DNA of 54,936 bases from Schmidtea nova (GCA_044892505.1 CM097883.1:34472001-34526936); one strand, 5' to 3'; shown: positions 39,835 to 52,796, counted from the first letter of the stretch. The notes: a model not told the origin generated them from the sequence alone. Numbers and translations are program-made.

Positions 39835-40311
39835 ATGGCTAAGCATAGATACACTATCAAAAAACGACAAGAACGAGCCCGAGGTAGCCCATTAAAGCCG
39901 GCTCCTTTCGAGATTTTACAGCAAATCCACCAAAAGATGTGGGCATGGCGCCGAGAGCTCGAAACCGCCTGTCCATTTACAGTATGGGACCATCCACGGC
40001 ATCACGTATGGTACCGGGGATGCGCTAGTTGGCCAATCATTCCAGACGAGGAATACGAATCATGGCACGCCGCCTGGTTCATCATGATGTTGGACAAAGG
40101 TGGATTCCCGAGATGTGTCATTTATTGGGGGTTCATTCCAGCCTCTACCTTCAAGGAATTGGGGTTCAAGTTCAATACAGCCATCCGACCCCTCCGAGAA
40201 GCTGAGAGAATCCGTTTCCAGCAGGCCTCGTCCAATAACACAGGAATCCATACAAATTTGCAGATCCGCTCGGTATTTTCGTATCGAGGAAAAATGACCG
40301 AGGATGAATAG
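39835..40311 (+). CDS. LTR-encoded ORF A, 3' LTR copy
   Basis: Translation identical to 14774-15250. Confidence 0.6.
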   Translation: MAKHRYTIKKRQERARGSPLKPAPFEILQQIHQKMWAWRRELETACPFTVWDHPRHHVWYRGCASWPIIPDEEYESWHAAWFIMMLDKGGFPRCVIYWGFIPASTFKELGFKFNTAIRPLREAERIRFQQASSNNTGIHTNLQIRSVFSYRGKMTEDE

Positions 40312-40627
40312 CTGAATCAATGGCCGCCTGTTTTTAAATTAAATAAATGTTTTAAAGAATTCTGAAATGTTCGTTTTGTTAATAGTGTTGTCATGTAGAT
40401 TTAGTATTGTAGTTGTTATAGTCATTAGGAAATTCATTTATTAATATAAAATTAGTTCAATAAACCTTTTTAGTCTTCAATGATTAGATAGTTAAATAAT
40501 TTTGTAGAGAACTCAACAATTAAAAACATTAATATACATCTCGTTTAATAATAATAATAGTTGTTTAAATAAAATAACATTGTTGATAGGCCCTCCAGTG
40601 AATTTATCGTTATAATCTTCAGACAAC

Positions 40628-41212
40628 ATGCCGACTTCAGAAAATTCGAAGAAAATCATGGGACAAATTCAAGAGAGAAAGCTGAGGGACCAGCAGCGAC
40701 AGATCAAGCGACTCACGGTCGCCAATGATGAATTGAAAGCGAAGTGGTTCTCGCCCGAACAGATGAAGGACCAGTCGAAAAAACTCGAGCGAGTGCAGGA
40801 AGCATTGGCTACAACCAAATTGGAATTAGATGCCGTCCAGCGAGAACTCCGAAATTGCCTGAACGCAGTAACAAGAAGTTACATCGACTCCGAATTACGA
40901 GCGCTAATCCGGCCGATCACGGCTCAGCGCTGGATACAATGCACTCACCAAGATGTCGCTTGCGGGACGGAAGAGGAAATCATCATGGCACCCACTCTTA
41001 CAACGGAAGATTTGCCTATTTTTCCCAGTGATCCCCCGAGAACAATAGCGTCAGCACCGGTCATAAACCCACAGCTTCGAAAACATCGAATGGGATCGCG
41101 ACAGCGTCGTCGTCGCCGAGAATTTGCAAGGCGCCTGGACGAACAAATCCACCACCTGAACTCCTTAACCGAAGCAGAGTTAATCCAGGAGATTAGCCTG
41201 GAGTTTGAATAG
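40628..41212 (+). CDS. LTR-encoded ORF B, 3' LTR copy
   Basis: Translation identical to 15567-16151. Confidence 0.65.
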   Translation: MPTSENSKKIMGQIQERKLRDQQRQIKRLTVANDELKAKWFSPEQMKDQSKKLERVQEALATTKLELDAVQRELRNCLNAVTRSYIDSELRALIRPITAQRWIQCTHQDVACGTEEEIIMAPTLTTEDLPIFPSDPPRTIASAPVINPQLRKHRMGSRQRRRRREFARRLDEQIHHLNSLTEAELIQEISLEFE

Positions 41213-41849
41213 GAAAATCTCCATGTAACATAACAACCTGTCTTTATTATTTTAATAAAGTATTACTGTGTAAATTTTTTCTCTCATCGTGTGATTTCAC
41301 TAAATAAAATAAGACTACATAAGTAATTCGTAGAACTAAAAATCGCATCGTAAAACCTACACCGACCGTTACTTAGCAGCGAGAGTTTTCGTGGGCTTGT
41401 AGAACAGCGAGAGAGAGCGTCATTGGGAAAAGCGTGTGATAGATCATAAGTATATGTAGTATAAAATTCAGTAGGAAACGAACATCCATAGAATGTAAAT
41501 GCGTAAGACCTTCTATCGGCAGCAAGAACCCGAGGGAAGATAAATGGGGAGTAGTTTTGGCGACAAAGCTCACCTGCCCATCATTTTTCCACCACCGTAT
41601 GCAGTACCAACTTGACTAGTGGGGAATAGTCAAGGGCATACGCGTGTAGTAGTCATGTTATGTATGGTTATGGGCGCGGAATCCCTAGTATGATTAATTG
41701 TTTATTTGAATTACTTAAAACCCACCCATAATCCCAGCATTAAGCAAAATTTATTGCTTGAAATTCGTTATTTTGTTGAACAAATAAAGCACGCTTGGGG
41801 TCAAATAAATAATTGGTTATTTCAAATTTCACCAACAACCCAACTAAAA

Positions 41850-42551
41850 TTCAAAATAGACTACAAACAAAAAAATGAAGTGGGTTGTCACACAGGCAAC
41901 CCCTACAAAATTGTTGGGATTTTACATAAACGCACAAAATTCAAGAGAAAAAGAAAATGTGGAAAATTAATTAAAATTTCAAAAAGAGTAAAAATCAATT
42001 TTTTCAGGGGTGAAAGTGGCAATCAATGGCAAATTGAAAGTTTAAAAAATAAAATAGTTATAAATTAATTATAAGTCACTGGGAAGGGCTAGATCAACAT
42101 ATAAATTAATTACTTGATCTCATCAATCATTGTGGAGAAAGAGGCACAGTGTCATATTGGACAAGCCGGAAAATCGCTTGTCAACTTACTCGTAGCAAAT
42201 GCAAATTAGAATGTCAAAATTAGTATGATTGCCCAGGTTTAATTCTTTTCCACAGTGATTATTGAGTTTACAGAGTTTAGTATATAAACAAACTCATTTT
42301 AGTAGCATTTGCTAGTTGATCGAAAAAGTGAAATTTAGAGAAAATCGGTGTCAATCAGATTTTACGGGTGATTTACAAGGGATGATCTACCCAAAGGAAA
42401 AAATTGTAAATCGAGTAAAATTGTATCGACGTTGCGAAAAAAGTTTGTTCTTGTCAAATAAAATTTTAATTGTTTGGTCTTCATTGATATTTAAAGGACA
42501 CGAGGAGTCAGAATAAAACTTAATTCCTGCCGAAAACACAATAACCCAACA
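41850..42551 (+). mobile_element. Degenerate LTR-like remnant related to family A
   Basis: Shares AAAGGACACGAGGAGTCAG and the terminal AACACAATAACCCAACA with 11137-11984. The 5' boundary is uncertain. Confidence 0.45.
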
Positions 42552-42868
42552 AAAATTATGACACGTTGAAACGCGTTGTAATTAAATAATCAGATGTAAC
42601 TAATTGTCACTAAATTATTTATCATATTTAAAATCAAAAAGAAATATGAAGATGAACATAAATACCCCTTGTAGTCGTCAGGAAAATAATTTTAGGATTT
42701 TTGAGTAACCTGACATCAGCTGGAAATGATTTTAAAGAGAATCGTGACCTTAATCAAAGAAACTTTACTAAGTTCAAGTATTTTTAAAATTTTATTTTTG
42801 GAATCTGATTTTGTTTCTGTTATTATTCGGCGTAACTGAATGTAGGAAGGAAACGATTTGTAAGTTGA

Positions 42869-44168
42869 ATGGACGTCTTTTCGTTGCAACGATTTTCAAA
42901 AAGAAAAAACCCAAAATCCAAAAAGTATAAGAGCCTTGTGTCAAAAATACCAAGAACATTGGTGAGTTAGTTTAGGCATTGTCCAACTGATCTTAGAGAA
43001 TGACGGTTAAAGAATAAAAATAAACGCACTTCTAGTGTTTATTGAATTTTTTATATTATAAGTGATGCTACTAAGTGAAACATGATGTAAACAAATCATA
43101 AAAGAAAATTTTCTACGCTATGATTATATTCAAATCGGACATCTGAATTAGCAAAACATTATTGTATTATTTATCTTTTAGAAACTTTGAAACTACTGAC
43201 AATTGTCATCAACGGTAAAACAACAAATCGATTTGATTGGTTGGAATATCATTTAAAGGTCACGGAATTGATTTATGGAAAACCAACACTTACTAATATA
43301 CTTTTAAATAAACGTGACTAAATTTTCATAGGCTTTGTTGATTGTTTAAATTTTAACAATTTAGATTTGGTAAATCCAAATGGAAACTATATTTATATTT
43401 GAAAATGTATATATACATATATAATTAAAAATGAAAACTCCATGGCACTACAAATTCTACGAAATTCTACAAATACCGATAGATTTAGTAAATCTAAAAA
43501 TGACGTAATAATAATATTAATATTAATAAATTTTAAGATATTATTTTACAGAAAAATTCTTTTTCACTTTCAAGTTCATTCAAATCCATACCAGAGGTTT
43601 GTTTTATTATATCATTTTTATATATATGTATATATATATTATATAGAAATCGGTTGAAAATGTCAAATGTGGAAACGTCATTGACAAAATCACAGAAATC
43701 GATGAATTGTTTAAAAATTATGACAAATTAAATTCAGAAATTATAATAAAAATATTGAAATCATTCAAGAATCCATCTATTGAATATTTATACAGCACTT
43801 TCGGATACAAAAAGTCTTTACTAAAGCTATGTAGTTTTTTAATGGGAAGGAATAAAATTAAAATAAATCATGAAAATATGAATGATTATTTTTGGGATTT
43901 GATGGATTTGAGATGCAATGGGGAATATTCTCAAATAATCAATACCTGGATGAATCATTTTGATGAAATGGAAGGGAAAATGAGTGAAATTGTTGGAGAG
44001 AGGAACAAACAGGTGTTGACTTGCGTAAAATGTCAGAAAAATTCCGTTTCTATATTATATTTACCGTGTGGACACGTGATAATGTGCAATAAATGCTACG
44101 AAGTCTCTATGAAACACTGCCAAGTCTGTAGAACGTCAATTGATGAATTTCATGTCGTATATATGTAA
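42869..44168 (+). CDS. Multi-exon host gene ending in an IAP-type RING finger (possible UBA-like segment before it)
   Basis: Terminal exon 43647-44168 (CVKC..LYLPCGHVIMCNKC..CQVC..HVVYM*) follows a TATAG acceptor; an in-frame 45-nt exon at 43552-43596; a candidate first exon 42869-42961 ending at GTGAGT. Middle exons are unresolved. Confidence 0.65.
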
Positions 44169-44723
44169 TATATGTAAAAAACGATTTCTTTTATTTACTT
44201 TGTGAAAAATGTTTGTGATTGTATAAATTTTATATTAACAGATCGTTGGCCGGTTATTATTTCGTAGTTAAATATAAAAGTTAAAAATCGAATTATACTT
44301 TATTTGATACATAATGATTTAAAATAAAACTTTGAAATTTTTTTTATATAATCTTGGATGATAAAGCTTTCACGATATTTTACATTGCTGAGTTTTACAA
44401 CTTGTGTGGCCACCGAACTATTCATTTGACAGCTTTTTTGATTTACATTTATTTCTTTGAATTTTATCTCATCTTTAATTTGTAATTTTATTGTATTTTT
44501 GTTTTAATTATATTTTATTATATCGGTAATTGATTTCATTTATTTGATTAACAATAATAAATTTCGATCAATTATTATATTTAAATGATTACATAGTGAA
44601 TCCATGAAATTCAAGTAAATAGAATAATAAAATAGAAATTTCGTTTCAATTAATGTAAGACAATTAGAGAATAAATTAAATTCATTAATATAATCAACAA
44701 GGATAGTTATTTGCAGTAAATGA

Positions 44724-44890
44724 AAGGACGAAAATGGGCATCATACCTTCTATCCGTCACCCTTGAAGTCACCCGTGACATTCGGTCAATTTTAGTTCAG
44801 AATCGACGCTCACCTTTTGCGAACGCTTACCCATTTGTTTCAGTACCGACGTTTCACTGTAGCGGGCAACAATATGAGTAATCAATGTTT
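44724..44890 (+). repeat. Dispersed repeat family X, copy 3
   Basis: Aligns with 2074-2240; ends where the hAT remnant begins. Confidence 0.65.
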
Positions 44891-44901
44891 ATATATGAAG
44901 T

Positions 44902-45379
44902 CAGTGGCGTACCTAGGGTAAATGGCAAGCACCGATCTTGCACCCCTGCCTGACGATAGTTTACTTACGTTTTATTTTCTAAAAAACTACTTTAGAATTG
45001 GGTAAAAAGAGCACACAAGTTAAATCTATTAACACTTTATTACAAATTTATCTTTCTTGCTTTAGCTGGCGCAAATTGTTTTATTATATTATCAAAGTCA
45101 ATTTCTTTGGTCATTTCTCGTTCTATACTAAGTAAAGCAACATCACATAATCGGCTTTTGCCCATCGAGGCTCTCAAATATGAAAGTATCAATTTTAATT
45201 TGCTAAATGATCTTTCGCAACTGGCAATAGAAACCGCGATTTAATACACATACTTATTTCAATAAAAATATTTATTTTTATTTTCATTTGCGTATTTATA
45301 TGTTAGGCGCTTTTTCGCGCCCCCTTCAGTTGGCGCCCATGGCACGTGCCATGCCTGCCATACCCTAGTTACGCCTTTG
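44902..45379 (-). mobile_element. Internally deleted hAT transposon
   Basis: TIR CAGTGGCGTACCTAGGGTA vs CAAAGGCGTAACTAGGGTA (16/19); minus strand 45234-45040 encodes VSIASCERSFSKLKLILSYLRASMGKSRL..ALLSIE, the hAT dimerisation domain. No 8-bp TSD found. Confidence 0.78.
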
Positions 45380-46100
45380 AAAGAGAGCCACGGTAATTAA
45401 ATATAAAGAAATTATGTAAAAAGAACAGCATCTCTCACCAGTTATCAATTTAAAGTGGATCGCTACTCAAAATTTTATTGGTGAGACGTCAATCTGATTA
45501 TATATTATACTTGATATTATTAGGTTGGAAGGCATAAAACGGGCGTTTTTGTTTAGTCTATGTTCAAGTATTTTAGTTTAATCGTTTACTCATACTGATG
45601 CTCTCAAACTGTTCAACACCATGTGGTGGACGCCAATGCCAAACTTCAGTCTCATATTTGCGTAGATGCAATATAACGGCGAGAGAACCATATACAAGTT
45701 GTTAAATTTTAAAAAAATTGTTTCTACCTATACGTAAAATTTATGGGCTTAGTCGGAATTAAGTTTGATTTTGCTCAGAAAACCCGAAAGTTTGCAAAAA
45801 ATTATGGAAATTAATACACAAGCATACATCATTTAGCGTTCAAGATACGTTCCTTAAAAAAGAGCGGTAATTAAAACAGCGTTTATAGAAGCACTATTTA
45901 TACTAAAATATGGGGTTCCGTTCCTTCTGATTTTTTGAACTGTTAAGGCAAATTTTAAGAATAAAAACAAAGTTTCACAACATATAATTTTTATAAGAAT
46001 ATTATGTATTTCATTTTAACATCAAAATAAAGTAAAATTCAATAAAACAAAATAACAAAAAAATTAGATAACCTTGATGAACATAAATAAAATTTTTAAT

Positions 46101-46497
46101 TTATTTTTCTTTAAAAAAGTTATTTAACGTTGATTGCTTCGATATTTTCCTTTTTTCTTTTAGCAATTCTAAATAGGGCGATATTATGTTTATAACGCCT
46201 CGCTTTATCGAAAAAGATCTTTCGAAGCTGGGATCATTTGAAAAAAAGTGACCGATTTGAGCGCTATAACGAAAAAGCACTAACATAGGTAGTGTTTAAC
46301 GAGGTATGCCTGTACACGTCCACTCTCAGCCGGGATGAAGTTTCCTTTATCGTGAAAAAAACCAGAAATTTGCAAGACAATTCATCATAAATTAAACAAA
46401 TTTCGTGGACGATATTTTTCGAAAACGGATGGGGAAATGAATTGTGAACTCTATGACTACATAAATCAGTAAAAAATTGAAATGAATATCTGGTCAC
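46101..46497 (-). pseudogene. Probable pogo/Tigger-type transposase C-terminal remnant
   Basis: DPSFERSFSIKRG..SPYLELLKEKRKISKQSTLNNFF resembles pogo-family C-termini ending in a QxxLxxFF PIP-box-like motif. Confidence 0.4.
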
Positions 46498-47426
46498 CGT
46501 ATAAAATTCTGGGTTCAGTTATTTGTTCGCTCGAAAAATCTGAAAGTTTTAAGACAACCGGAGATATAACAATTTCATAGAAATGGATAACCAAATAAAA
46601 TTTGGGGCATTTTGTACAGAAAAACGTGAAAATGAATTATGAACCGGACGACTACATGATGACTAAAACACAAAAAACAGCAAGCACATCATGCAAAAAT
46701 TCAGGGACTCAGCCAATATGACTTGAAAAATCTGCAAACACACCAAAAAGACAAAAATTAGATCAAGCGTTTGCAAAAAAACGAAAATTTGATAAAAATT
46801 GTAAGATCTTAACCTAAGAAATAACAGTACAAACTATAAAAGATATGATTAGTATTATAATTATCACGATGATTATTATTATTTTAACCATATCTAACAT
46901 ATTTTAGTAAAATTATTATCGAAATAAAGTGGATTTATTATATTTTAATTATAGTGATTACGTAATAGTATATAAAGAAAAACGATTGGCTAAAATGTCG
47001 CTAAAAACGCGTCTTATTCTTATTCTTATTTTTATTCTTATTCTTCTTATTCNNNNNNNNNNNNNNNNNNNNNNNNNNNNNNNNNNNNNNNNNNNNNNNN
47101 NNNNNNNNNNNNNNNNNNNNNNNNNNNNNNNNNNNNNNNNNNNNNNNNNNNNNNNNNNNNNNNNNNNNNNNNNNNNNNNNNNNNNNNNNNNNNNNNNNNN
47201 NNNNAATTCAACACAAAAGCGATATATTTCGATTGTATAACAATCTTCTTCTATTATTAAATCATTGCCACGTTTTTTTATTAGTTATTATTATTATCAT
47301 TATTATTATTTTAAATTAAAGTTTTTATAAAAATTAAAACAAATTTTATCTACTTCGAAAAGTTTTCATATATGACCTACTTTATTTGACCTTAAATTGA
47401 CCTTCACAAATAAAATTTTCTAGGGA

Positions 47427-47712
47427 ATGTGAGGTTAACTTATATATGATTGGGACACATCCTACTACTTATAGTGAATAGTTTAAAAGATACTGAATAG
47501 TTAAGAGAATTATAGTATACTACCTGAGGAGTTTTTATATGATTTTTGACCAAGGATATGAGAGGAATTAGAAATTAAATTGATTTAGGAATGGAAAAGA
47601 GAATTTGAATAGAATATGAGGATTAATGAGTTTATGAAAAATGACAGGATTAACGAGGAAATGATTTAGAGAATTAAATATTAGGAGAAGTTCCAAGCAT
47701 TTGGCGCCGTTG
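47427..47712 (+). mobile_element. Possible LTR end plus PBS of another retroelement
   Basis: TGTGAGG at 47427, ...CCAAGCA at 47699, then TGGCGCCGTTG at 47702, a common PBS-type start. No partner LTR in the window. Confidence 0.3.
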
Positions 47713-48432
47713 ACTAATACACAACCCGGACACCCACATCTAGAGTATTAGATTCACTTTAATCGGCGAAGTAAATTTGAGTGCAACCGGTCACTGACTT
47801 GAATGAGATTACGCTATGTGTGGTGGCTTGGCTCAGAAAAATGCCACCAAGGCTCAGGAAACGTTTTGGGTCTTACTAAGATAGAAGCAGTGAGGTTAAG
47901 ATGGGAACTTAACCAATAACATGCCCCATGGGAGAAGTAGCAAGCAGTGAGATAAGGTAGGTCGCTACTTTTTCAATAACATGCCCCTCAGTGGATGACA
48001 AGTGAGTTAGATGAGAATAATATAAAGAATAATATAGAGGTTGGCTGGCAAGCAGCGAGGTAGGACAGCCACATTTGGCTTTGTCAATAACATGCGATGA
48101 GAATTTAAGGATTTTGATAAATAAGAAACGATTAATTAGTAAAATTGAATTTGATGAGAATAGAGATTTTGATGAAAAGAATTTTGTGAAATAAGACTTA
48201 ATAATGCGCATCTATCTGGAAAATTAGGGGAAATAGTTAAAGATGATAATGAATAGAGCGTTACGAACGAAATAAAAATTTTGAAATCCTGATTTTTGGG
48301 GATAAGCGTATATTAGGATATGATTATGATTATATTATCAATGTTTATTTTTTTACATCTAAATTGCGCGCGTTTAGGTTTTTTTACCGCTTCGCGGAAA
48401 AAAACATGTGATAAGCATAACTAGTGAAGTAG

Positions 48433-49459
48433 CAAATTCTGATTATGACGGCAATATTTTGTCGAGTTTTTAAAATTAGATTTTAACTCTATGTTTAGAT
48501 ATGTTGGGTTATTATTCTGTTTAAGATCGGTTTACTGACCTGACTCCTCGTGTTCTTTAATTATCGAAATCAATGAACCCAACACAGAACAATTTATTTA
48601 ACGATCACCACAAATTACAACTTCTGTTACGTACACTCCTCACCAATTTGTGTTGTCTTCCGGATTCGGATTTGATTCTCTAGTTATAAAATATTTTCCT
48701 AATTTTGTCTCTTTCGAATTCCTCAAGATCTCTCTTTGTTAGTTTTCAGTAATTTTTAATAATTTCTGTTTTTAACTCTCAGTTCGTCGGCCCCGTCCTC
48801 TGCTTTGCGCTGCCTTTTATACCTCTCTCAAATAACAATTAAATTTTATCGATAACTAAAAGTTACCCAATCCCGGGCTTAATTGGTTTACCAACAAATT
48901 ATTGTGATTGCGCTCCGGTGGCTTTTCTTTAATTGCCCTTCGCAATCTCCCAACTTTGATCTCTCGGATTTCTACTGCGCTTGGGCTTTCCTCATCGCTC
49001 AGGTTTCCCATTGCCTCGGGCTTCCCATTGTCTCGGGTTTCCCATTGAACGATTAATTAATTTTAATTAGTTTGTTTTTACTATATAACTTTTTCTGAGG
49101 ACCCTTTACTAAATTTTATTAATATATTTGGGTTTGTCTTTTGATTTGGCATTCAACCATACCCATTTCCTCCGATGAATATTAATTTTAAATTTTTGAT
49201 AAATTTTAATTAATTTTTGCACTTTTATTTATTTTGATATTTCTTTGCTTTTACTATTATTTCTTGTTACTTTTGTGATTTTTATACTAACCCCAACAGA
49301 TATAATAGATGTATTATTATCCTACTGTCTTTTGACAATGAGACCAAGGGGAGCGTTTAAAAAAACAGTAGAATGATGATACATCTATTATATCTAAACA
49401 TAGAGTTAAAATATATTATTAAAAGCTCGACAAAATATTGCCGTCATAATCAGAATTTG
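48433..49459. mobile_element. Palindromic MITE-like element interrupted by a solo LTR
   Basis: Left arm 48433-48501 plus 49303-49328 is the reverse complement of the right arm at about 49366-49459 once the LTR is removed. Confidence 0.75.
48502..49298 (-). mobile_element. Solo LTR, family A (797 bp)
   Basis: TGTTGGG...CCCCAACA termini with a 4-bp TSD GATA on both sides; reverse complement aligns with 11137-11984. Confidence 0.88.
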
Positions 49460-50479
49460 GTAGTCTACAATATTTATTTAAAACATTTAATACGAAAGTT
49501 GTTATTAAACTATAACAGTGATTCTCAAACGGTGAGGTAAGATATACACTCATGTTCCGTGTATTTTTTATTAACATATTTTAGGAACCGAAGTGTTGCT
49601 AAAAATATAAAATCCAATTTCATTTAATTTTATTTTTTAAGATTACCCTGGATATTGGTCATATAAAAAACGATTGCTGGAAAATAAGGCAATGAAAAAA
49701 ACACACGGAAAAAAGCCAAGGAAAAAAAAAGCCAACGGAAAATGGAAGTTAAAGAAAGATCTTCAGAAGGAAGAAGCACGAGTCCACATCAAAATTCTAA
49801 AGGATGAACATGGAATTCAAGAACACAAGCGCAAGTGACCATGCTACGAAAAAATGCAGAAACATCTCAAGAATCTCCTGGAAGACCTCAACAATGACCG
49901 AAAAGACATTCCTCAGTTTCTTCGTGGTTTCAGTCATAACATCAGATTTGGTCAACCATTTGTGTAAACAATAGTTATGAAAATTTGTCTACTTAATTTA
50001 AATTTTCATTTGAAATATTATTTAACATTTTTATATACTTTTTTATGGTTTTGATTAACTTAAATATTCATTAAATGAATTTATAATTGTGACATTATCT
50101 AAATTGTTTTTGGCTTTTTTTCCATGGCCTTCTTTATGTGGCTTTTTACACCTGGATTCATAAAAAACACATACTTCTATTATTCTTATGTTTATAAACA
50201 TATTCAAAGTGTTTAAGTTAACGATTTTGAGCGATGTGTTCAATTTTATTAGAACTGTTTCGTGACACAAAAAACGTTCTGAATCACTACTATTCTAACA
50301 TTATAAACGATATTTATACACATATAATTGGTTTTAATATGTCTTATGTAACAATAAATTATGAAGTTATAATTTTTATTTGTCAAAGTTAATTTAAACG
50401 ATGTCAAACGAGCCCGGGAAACCCTATATTGTTATTATTATTGATAAACGGAATGAGTGATTGGTACGACTATATAGGA

Positions 50480-51175
50480 AAATTAGCTGGATCGACAATA
50501 CCGCCGCCGACAAAACCGCCGCTCCATACAAAAGTAACCATTATTAAACGTAAGTATTATGTATTAATTTTTGACAAAAATTTAAATAGTTATATTATAG
50601 AAAATTAAAAAAATAGGCTTTCAACCAAAAATGTATTTGAAAACTACAATATACAAAAAAATGTACGTAATACAAAAAATGTGTAATAATGCGATAAAAT
50701 AATACAGACAATATTTTTCTTTAAAAACAATTAAAAATATATACAATTTAAATTTCGATATTACTTAACGCCCTTCTTAAATATTCTACTTTAATTATAT
50801 TGTCACTATCATATAAAAGCATTAAAACTCGTAGCCTTTCATTTAACTTAACGTATTTACACTTTGAAGCACTTGGTTGTCTGAAGCCTTCATCATACCT
50901 TCGCACAAAAATTTCTATGTGGTCTTGTTCTTTAATAATTACTTTTCAAACAAATAAATTAAAATCGAAGTAATCAGCATTCCTACAAACTGTATAAAAC
51001 ATTTTTTTAAAATTTATTTTGGTTTCCGGCGCTTATGTCAGCGGCGGTATTGTCGCAGCGGCATTGTCGTCGTTTAACTACGAAAGGCGCTTATATCAGC
51101 GGCGGTTATGTCGCGGCGGTCATGTCGCGGCGGTCATGTCGCAGCGGTATTGTCACCGGTGGTAAAGTCGGGGCG
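50480..51175. mobile_element. Element bounded by inverted GC-rich short repeats (GCGGCGGT[C/A]TGTC units)
   Basis: GACAATACCGCCGCCGACAAAACCGCCGCT near 50487 is inverted relative to tandem units at 51037-51160. Family unknown. Confidence 0.4.
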
Positions 51176-51689
51176 CCGACAATTATCTCGTAACAGTTAT
51201 CTATTCTTGGTCGTATAAATTAAAATCTGACTCAAACTACGGAGGGGTGAGTAGCGACAATTTAAGTTCGACGATGAAGAAAATGAGTAGACAAGAAGGA
51301 TAAAATAACAAACAAGATAAATATTATAATCTTGGAAAAATGCTGAATTTAGATTGAATCAAATTCAATCCAACAAGTACTTCGAATCCCAGCGTGTCAG
51401 TTATTGAAGAAGCTACTATAGAAGAAAAAGATAACTCATTGAAAAGAAAAGAAGATAAATTGAAGAGGAAAGAAGTGAAAGAAGACAAAACAAAGATGAT
51501 ATAAAAGAAAAGAAACTAGTGAAAAGAAAACAAGTAATAATTGACGACCTTGAAGATACTGATAGTATTGCACAGTGAGTCAAAGATCGTGAAATCAGAA
51601 AAAATAAAGATCCAAGCTTATTAGAAAACAAAGAAATAGAAGCTGTGAAGCTAAGGCCCGGGTGGGTTTTATCTTTAATTGTTTTGCGC

Positions 51690-51880
51690 AATCAACCGGG
51701 TTCCCAACTCTCCAATGCGCTTTGGGTTTTCTTTATCACTCGGGTTATTCATTGACCCGGGCTTCCAATTAGCTCGGTCTTCCCATTGAGCGATTAATTA
51801 ATTTTAATTAATTTGTTATTTCTTAATAACTTTTTCTAGGAATCTTTTATTAAGTTTTTATTACTATTTTTGAGTTCCCC
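51690..51880 (-). repeat. Fragment of family A LTR
   Basis: CCCATTGAGCGATTAATTAATTTTAATTA and neighbouring sequence match 11370-11460 in reverse. Confidence 0.6.
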
Positions 51881-52560
51881 TAACCAAAAAAGAACTGATA
51901 AAATATTACTTAATAGATTTAAAAGTATTGGGTTTTTATGAAAGTTGGTTAAATATTAGAAATGTTCTGATTCCGGCTAACCTTTTTAATAAAAATCAGT
52001 AATATATACCCGACTGTAAGATGTTTTCAGCTGAGAAATAAATATTTGGTTAAAATAGTTTAAAAGAAATTGAAATATTAACAAATTAAGTGGTAAAAAT
52101 CATAAATGAATTTTTAATATTAAGTAATTGTAAAATATTTAAATGTTAGTAGTATTTTGATATTTAAATATGTAATTTTATAGTTCCAAATAATAAATTT
52201 AAAGATATATTTTATAATTTTAAATGCAAAATTAAATTGCAATTTAAAATTACTAAATAATTTAATTTGAAAGAAATATTTAATTCAAAGCTGAAAAATC
52301 GTTACAAAAGTTCGTTTAAAAATCCAACAATATTGTGATGTTAATAAATTTTTGGAATAAAATTTTTTTTGAATTATGTCTTCAGTAGGTAGACATGTGC
52401 ACCATGAGTCATCGCTAAACAAAGAAAATGACGTCATCGGTGCCCCCCGATGACTCATTTTTTCTTTGTTATGACTCATCACATGACGTCCTCGATGACT
52501 CATTTCAAAGTTTAAATTTGAATTTCCAAAGGTCAAATAAGGTCAAACCTTCAAACAAGG

Positions 52561-52796
52561 GTATCATTCGAAAGGTCTTGGAGAGGTCTATACAATAGTC
52601 ATACCCTCGAATGTTTATGGTGGGTGCTCAACCTTCAAAGGGTGCAAAACCTTCAACCTTTTTCAAACCTTATAATATATATATATCATTCGAAAGGTAT
52701 CTGAAAGGTAGGTATGTTGGTCATACCCTCGAAGGTTTATGGAGGGTCTTTAACCTTCAAAGGGTGCAAAACCTTCAACCTTTTTCAAACCTTATA

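Larger units (their letters stand above)
13434..41739 (+). mobile_element. Giant, apparently intact Ty3/Gypsy LTR retroelement (28,306 bp) with an envelope-like gene and many accessory genes
   Basis: Paired LTRs at a constant offset of 25,061; TTAA TSD (13430-13433, 41740-41743); PBS; Gag with CCHC knuckles; PR-RT-RH-IN order diagnostic of Ty3/Gypsy; no stops or frameshifts in the long ORFs. Confidence 0.97.
38495..41739 (+). repeat. 3' LTR, 3,245 bp
   Basis: Same termini and the same internal ORFs as the 5' LTR at a constant offset of 25,061. Confidence 0.97.

Noticed and set aside
13434-41739. Classification as a true retrovirus or an endogenous chuvirus
   Set aside because: RT, RNase H and GPY-integrase motifs are Ty3/Gypsy-like, and no RdRp or nucleoprotein is present. 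A phylogeny is still needed.
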